The notes under the pieces were generated by a model, which made no database searches, was not told the DNA's origin, and was given only the letters and a program-made list of their open reading frames with translations. Positions 60,301-64,000 of a stretch of 64,000 nt of DNA are shown one piece after another. Each line of letters begins with the position of its first letter. The first letter of the stretch is position 1. The DNA is from Narcine bancroftii (lineage: Eukaryota): contig NC_091471.1 in assembly GCF_036971445.1 (NCBI RefSeq), forward strand, positions 232,500,001 through 232,564,000. The letters are read 5' to 3'. The translations under genes were made by a program, and so were the position numbers.

Positions 60301-62326
60301 GGACACTACCCCCGAGACCCAAGCTCTCTCCCCGACCACAGGAACCCCACCGAACACAGGATCCCACCCCATCCCCAATGGGACCACAGGTCACCCCACC
60401 CCACGATCCTCCCAATGGGACTTAGCTCACCCCTCCTAACACTAACCATGGGTCCTTAGCTCCATCCTCCCCCCCCCAACACTACATATGGGACTGCTCC
60501 CCTCCATGTGGCTATAGCTACCTCAGACATCCCGACTTGACATTATCCAAGGGATCCCAGCTCCCCCACCCACCATGGGACCCATCTGACACTACCCATG
60601 GGATCCTAGCTGCATCAGACACCATCCACAGGACCCCAGCTCCCTCAGGCCAACCACAGGATTCCCACTACCCTGACCTTGCTGCCTACACACGGTGACG
60701 AAGAGCAGCCGGAGATGGGGAAGCGAGCTGGACCCTTACCTCATGCCTCCACCTCGTCCTCCTCGGCTCCCGCGCCCACCTCCTCCTCCTCGCTCGAAGC
60801 CTCCTCCGCCGCCACCTCCTCCACGTCCATAACCGCCCCGTCCTCGCCCCCTCCCGTCCTGCTGGCCCCCGCCGTAGCCGCCCGGCTCTTGGCTACCGTA
60901 ACCACCTCCAGAGCTGGAGTCTTGGTTGTATCCACCTTCAGAGACAGTGAAGATCACAGCATTACTGAAGGGAGTGTTGGACAGCCTATCCAGTCCTCCA
61001 AAACACACGGAGCAAGACTCCTTGTGCACATAGATCCCGTGCTCACCTCCTCCAGATCCTCCACCTCCACTGCCACCGTACTGCCCCTGTTGGCCGTAGC
61101 CGCCGCCCTGCTGTCCATAGGAGCTCTGCGGTTGGTTATAGGAGCCCTGCTGCTGGCCGTAGGAGCCCTGCTGCTGGCCGTAGGAACCCTGCTGCTGGCC
61201 GTAGGAGCCCTGCTGCTGGCCGTAGGAGCCCTGCTGCTGGCCGTAGCCACCACCCTGCTGGGGGTGACCATAGCTGGTGGTCTGGGAATTGGTTCCACCG
61301 TAGCTGTCAGCCAAGAAGAAACAGGCAGTTAAGGGAGTGAATGGGTTTGTTGGGAACTGTTCCCCCTCTGTCTCCTGGGACCGGGGAGAGGGTCAGTCAC
61401 ACCAACCCCTCCCCGTGTCATACGCCACCCTCCCCCCTCCATCAGGCACACCATCCCCTCCACCCATCACACACACTATTCCCTTCCCCTCCAACCGACA
61501 CACCATCCCCTCCCCGTGTTAGATACACTGACCCCTCCATTCCTCAGATAATACAGCCCCTCTTCCTGCTCCTGCAGACACATCCTCTCTGCCCCCTCCC
61601 TCACTGTTCACTTCTCCCTCGCACACACACTGTCTTCATCCCCTTCTCCCTCTGTCCTCATTAACACACACCTCCCCCTACCTCTGGCACACTGTCTTAA
61701 CCCCTCCCTCAAACTGTCCACTTCTCCCTTACAGTCTTCCCCCCTCCCTCAGACTGTCCCCTTCTCCCTCCGACACACCGTCTTCACCCCTTCCCTGATA
61801 CACTGTCTCCATCCCCTCTCCCTCCCTCACACACCATCCCTTCCCCCCTCCATCCAACACTCTGTCCCCTCCACCTGTCAGATACTGTCTATTCCTCCTG
61901 CAGACACTCCGTGTCCCCCTCCTACCTCAGACACATACCCCCCCCTCTCTGAAACACCATCTCCTCAGTCATCTTCATCCCCTTCCCTCAGACACACCTT
62001 TCATCCATCCATCTGACACATCATCCCTGTCAGATACATCCTCTCCATCAAACACTGGCCCCTTCTTCTGACACATGCCTCCACCCCCATACACCGTCTT
62101 TACCCACTCCCTCAGACACACCATTCCATCCTCCAGGGACCATGTCACCTCCCAGAGCCTCACCTGCTGCCTGAGGTGGCTGAGGACGTCTGCTGCCCGT
62201 AGCTGGGGTACGAGGACTGTTGCCCGTACGAGCTCTGGGGTGTCTGAGCACTGCCGTACCCTGAGGAGCTGTAGGCACCCTGGCCAGAGTGGCTGTAGCC
62301 CTGAGAGGCTGGCTGGCTCCCGTACC
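54345..62326 (-). CDS. FUS: RNA-binding protein FUS (FET family), exons equivalent to human 4-15; first exons lie beyond the window
   Basis: Exons 62326-62164, 61303-61047, 60935-60740, 58923-58889, 57001-56966, 56789-56680, 56530-56401, 56113-56006, 55650-55536, 55189-55098, 54793-54649, 54384-54345; phases consistent. SYGQQ low-complexity domain, RGG repeats, RRM ([10 protein letters not shown]...[23 protein letters not shown]), RanBP2 zinc finger (RAGDWKC...CNQC) and [16 protein letters not shown]. Confidence 0.95.
57376..57429. repeat. Perfect 18-bp triplication in FUS intron 7
   Basis: (GGTAACCGGCCACGGGTT)x3. Confidence 0.9.
58430..58625. repeat. ~36-bp tandem repeat x6 in FUS intron 7
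   Basis: TACTCATTAACCCATTCCTCACCAGAGGTCATTATT units. Confidence 0.85.
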
Positions 62327-62679
62327 CTGTGTAACAAGAGGAGGCAGCAGGTGGGCACCGCATACAGCTGTGGTCGCCGGAGGGTGGACGAGAGGGTGAA
62401 GTGCGGACATTCTCTGAGACTAGTCATGACAGGGCATTCCTCCCTGGAGCGCAGGAGGCTGAAGGGGGAACCGAGGGGCGGGGGGAGTGTGACACTTACT
62501 GCCTTTTCCCTACCCACCGAAGCCAGGGGGGGCTAAAACAATCTGGTTCGAGGTGACATGACAGCAAGGTCAGCAAAGTATAGTGTTCATACAGAACCAG
62601 TGACCAGGTTCAAACTTAACACTGCCTATAAATTCTCCCTATTTTATTGTGTTTCGACCCACCATCCGAAGATGTAGGT

Positions 62680-63440
62680 GTATTTCGGACACTGGGCTTC
62701 ATTGGGCGGGGATTGTATTCAGTCAAGGGGGTCATATTGCAGCTCCATACAACTCTGGTGAGACCACACTTGGATTATTGGTCACCTCATTAAAGGAAGG
62801 ATATAGAAGCTCTGGAGAAGGCACAGAGGAGATTCACCAAGTCATTACCGGGATTGGAGAATAAGGCTTATGAGGCAAGGTTTGCAGAGCTGGGTCTTTT
62901 TTTCTTTGAGCAAAGGATGAGAGGGGACTCTTGAGGTCTACAAGATTATGAGAGGCATTAGGGTGGACAACCAGCATCTTTTTCCCAGGGCGGGAGTAGC
63001 AAACACCAGAAGACATCTGTACAAAGCAATGTTTGGATATCAAGCTCAGGCTGCTGATGGTTTGGATTGGACTCCACACTGATGGGGTGACTGCGGCAGC
63101 AATGAAGGTAGGATCTGTGGACCCTTAGGGACTTTCTTCTGTTTATCTTTCCCCGACTGTTCCCCTTCAGGCAATTTCTGTTGATGGCCATCTGTCTGCC
63201 TGACCGCAGACAAAAGCTAGTTCTTTGTTATGTGACCATAAAGGTATCTTGGAAGTTTAGGGGAGACGACAGGGTTAAGTTGTTTTTAAACAGAGTTGTG
63301 GGGGCCTGCAAAACTTTGCCAGGGGTGGTGGTGGAGGCTGGAACATTAGGGGCATGTACAAGACTCTTAGACAGGTACACGGATGAAAGATAAAGAGAGG
63401 GTTACGGGGTATGGAGTGTTTTTTTTTGCAATTATATATG
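62680..63440 (+). mobile_element. CR1 3' fragment interrupted by another insertion (~63030-63250)
   Basis: Same subfamily as 43885 and 48885; the CR1 sequence resumes at GGAAGTTTAGGGGAGAC (~63251). Confidence 0.75.
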
Positions 63441-64000
63441 GGCGGTGCAATAGCTCAGCAAAAGGAGGTGTAAGGCGCTCCTTTCGTCTGACAGCCTGCA
63501 GGTCACCTTCGGGGCAAGGTGTAGTACCTGTTTAGCCTCCCAATAAGGGTCACGTGAAGCCATGGATTGCAGATGGTTTTACAAGCAGATTCTACAAATT
63601 GGAATTTATAGTTATAAAACTAAAAATCCTGGGCAGATGAATCTGCTGATCAATGGCCAGGGTTACCCTTGTATAATCATGAACTCAACATTGACTACGG
63701 TCTCAGCTCAAAGATGGAGCCTTCACCAAAGGAGAATGAGGGAGGCAACAACTACAATTCGGAGGGTCATATTGTGACAGATAGAGAGACATGATCGCCC
63801 AAGCCAAACCACCTGAATGTTGATGATATATGGGTCAGCACAAGATCCTGTACAATGCTGTAATGTTCTATAAATCATTCACATAGTTGGAAATTTCTAT
63901 AGTTTGATCTGAGAGACCTCGCATCCCTGAAGGGAGCAGTGAGAAGAGGTTGTGACTAGGGGTTGGGTCCTTCAGGACTTTGGCTGCCTCTTTGAGGCAG

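Noticed and set aside
54345-62326. TAF15 or EWSR1 as the identity of the FET gene
   Set aside because: SYGQQ domain, 35-nt FNKFG exon, DRRERPY terminus and linkage to KAT8 all favour FUS.

Overview
This is vertebrate genomic DNA, not prokaryotic. The CR1/Rex-Babar/L1 repeat types and G-rich intronic minisatellites suggest a cartilaginous fish (inference). Five spliced genes were reconstructed by hand from GT-AG junctions and reading phase: complete MAPK7/ERK5 (+), the 3' part of SRCAP (-), the 5' part of BCKDK (-), complete KAT8/MOF (+, head-to-head with BCKDK) and exons 4-15 of FUS (-). A 200-N gap (31169-31368) hides most of SRCAP and the 3' end of BCKDK. Introns hold many LINE fragments and tandem repeats, which generate most of the ORF track. 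The most unusual items are: a CCAAT-box array with 32-bp period in MAPK7 intron 1; two independent minisatellites derived from the same EQRDLGV segment of CR1 ORF2; tandem-repeat expansions inside ERK5 and SRCAP coding exons; an altFUS-like overlapping frame; and a candidate FUS poison exon. I cannot claim a proven new system; these are testable leads.
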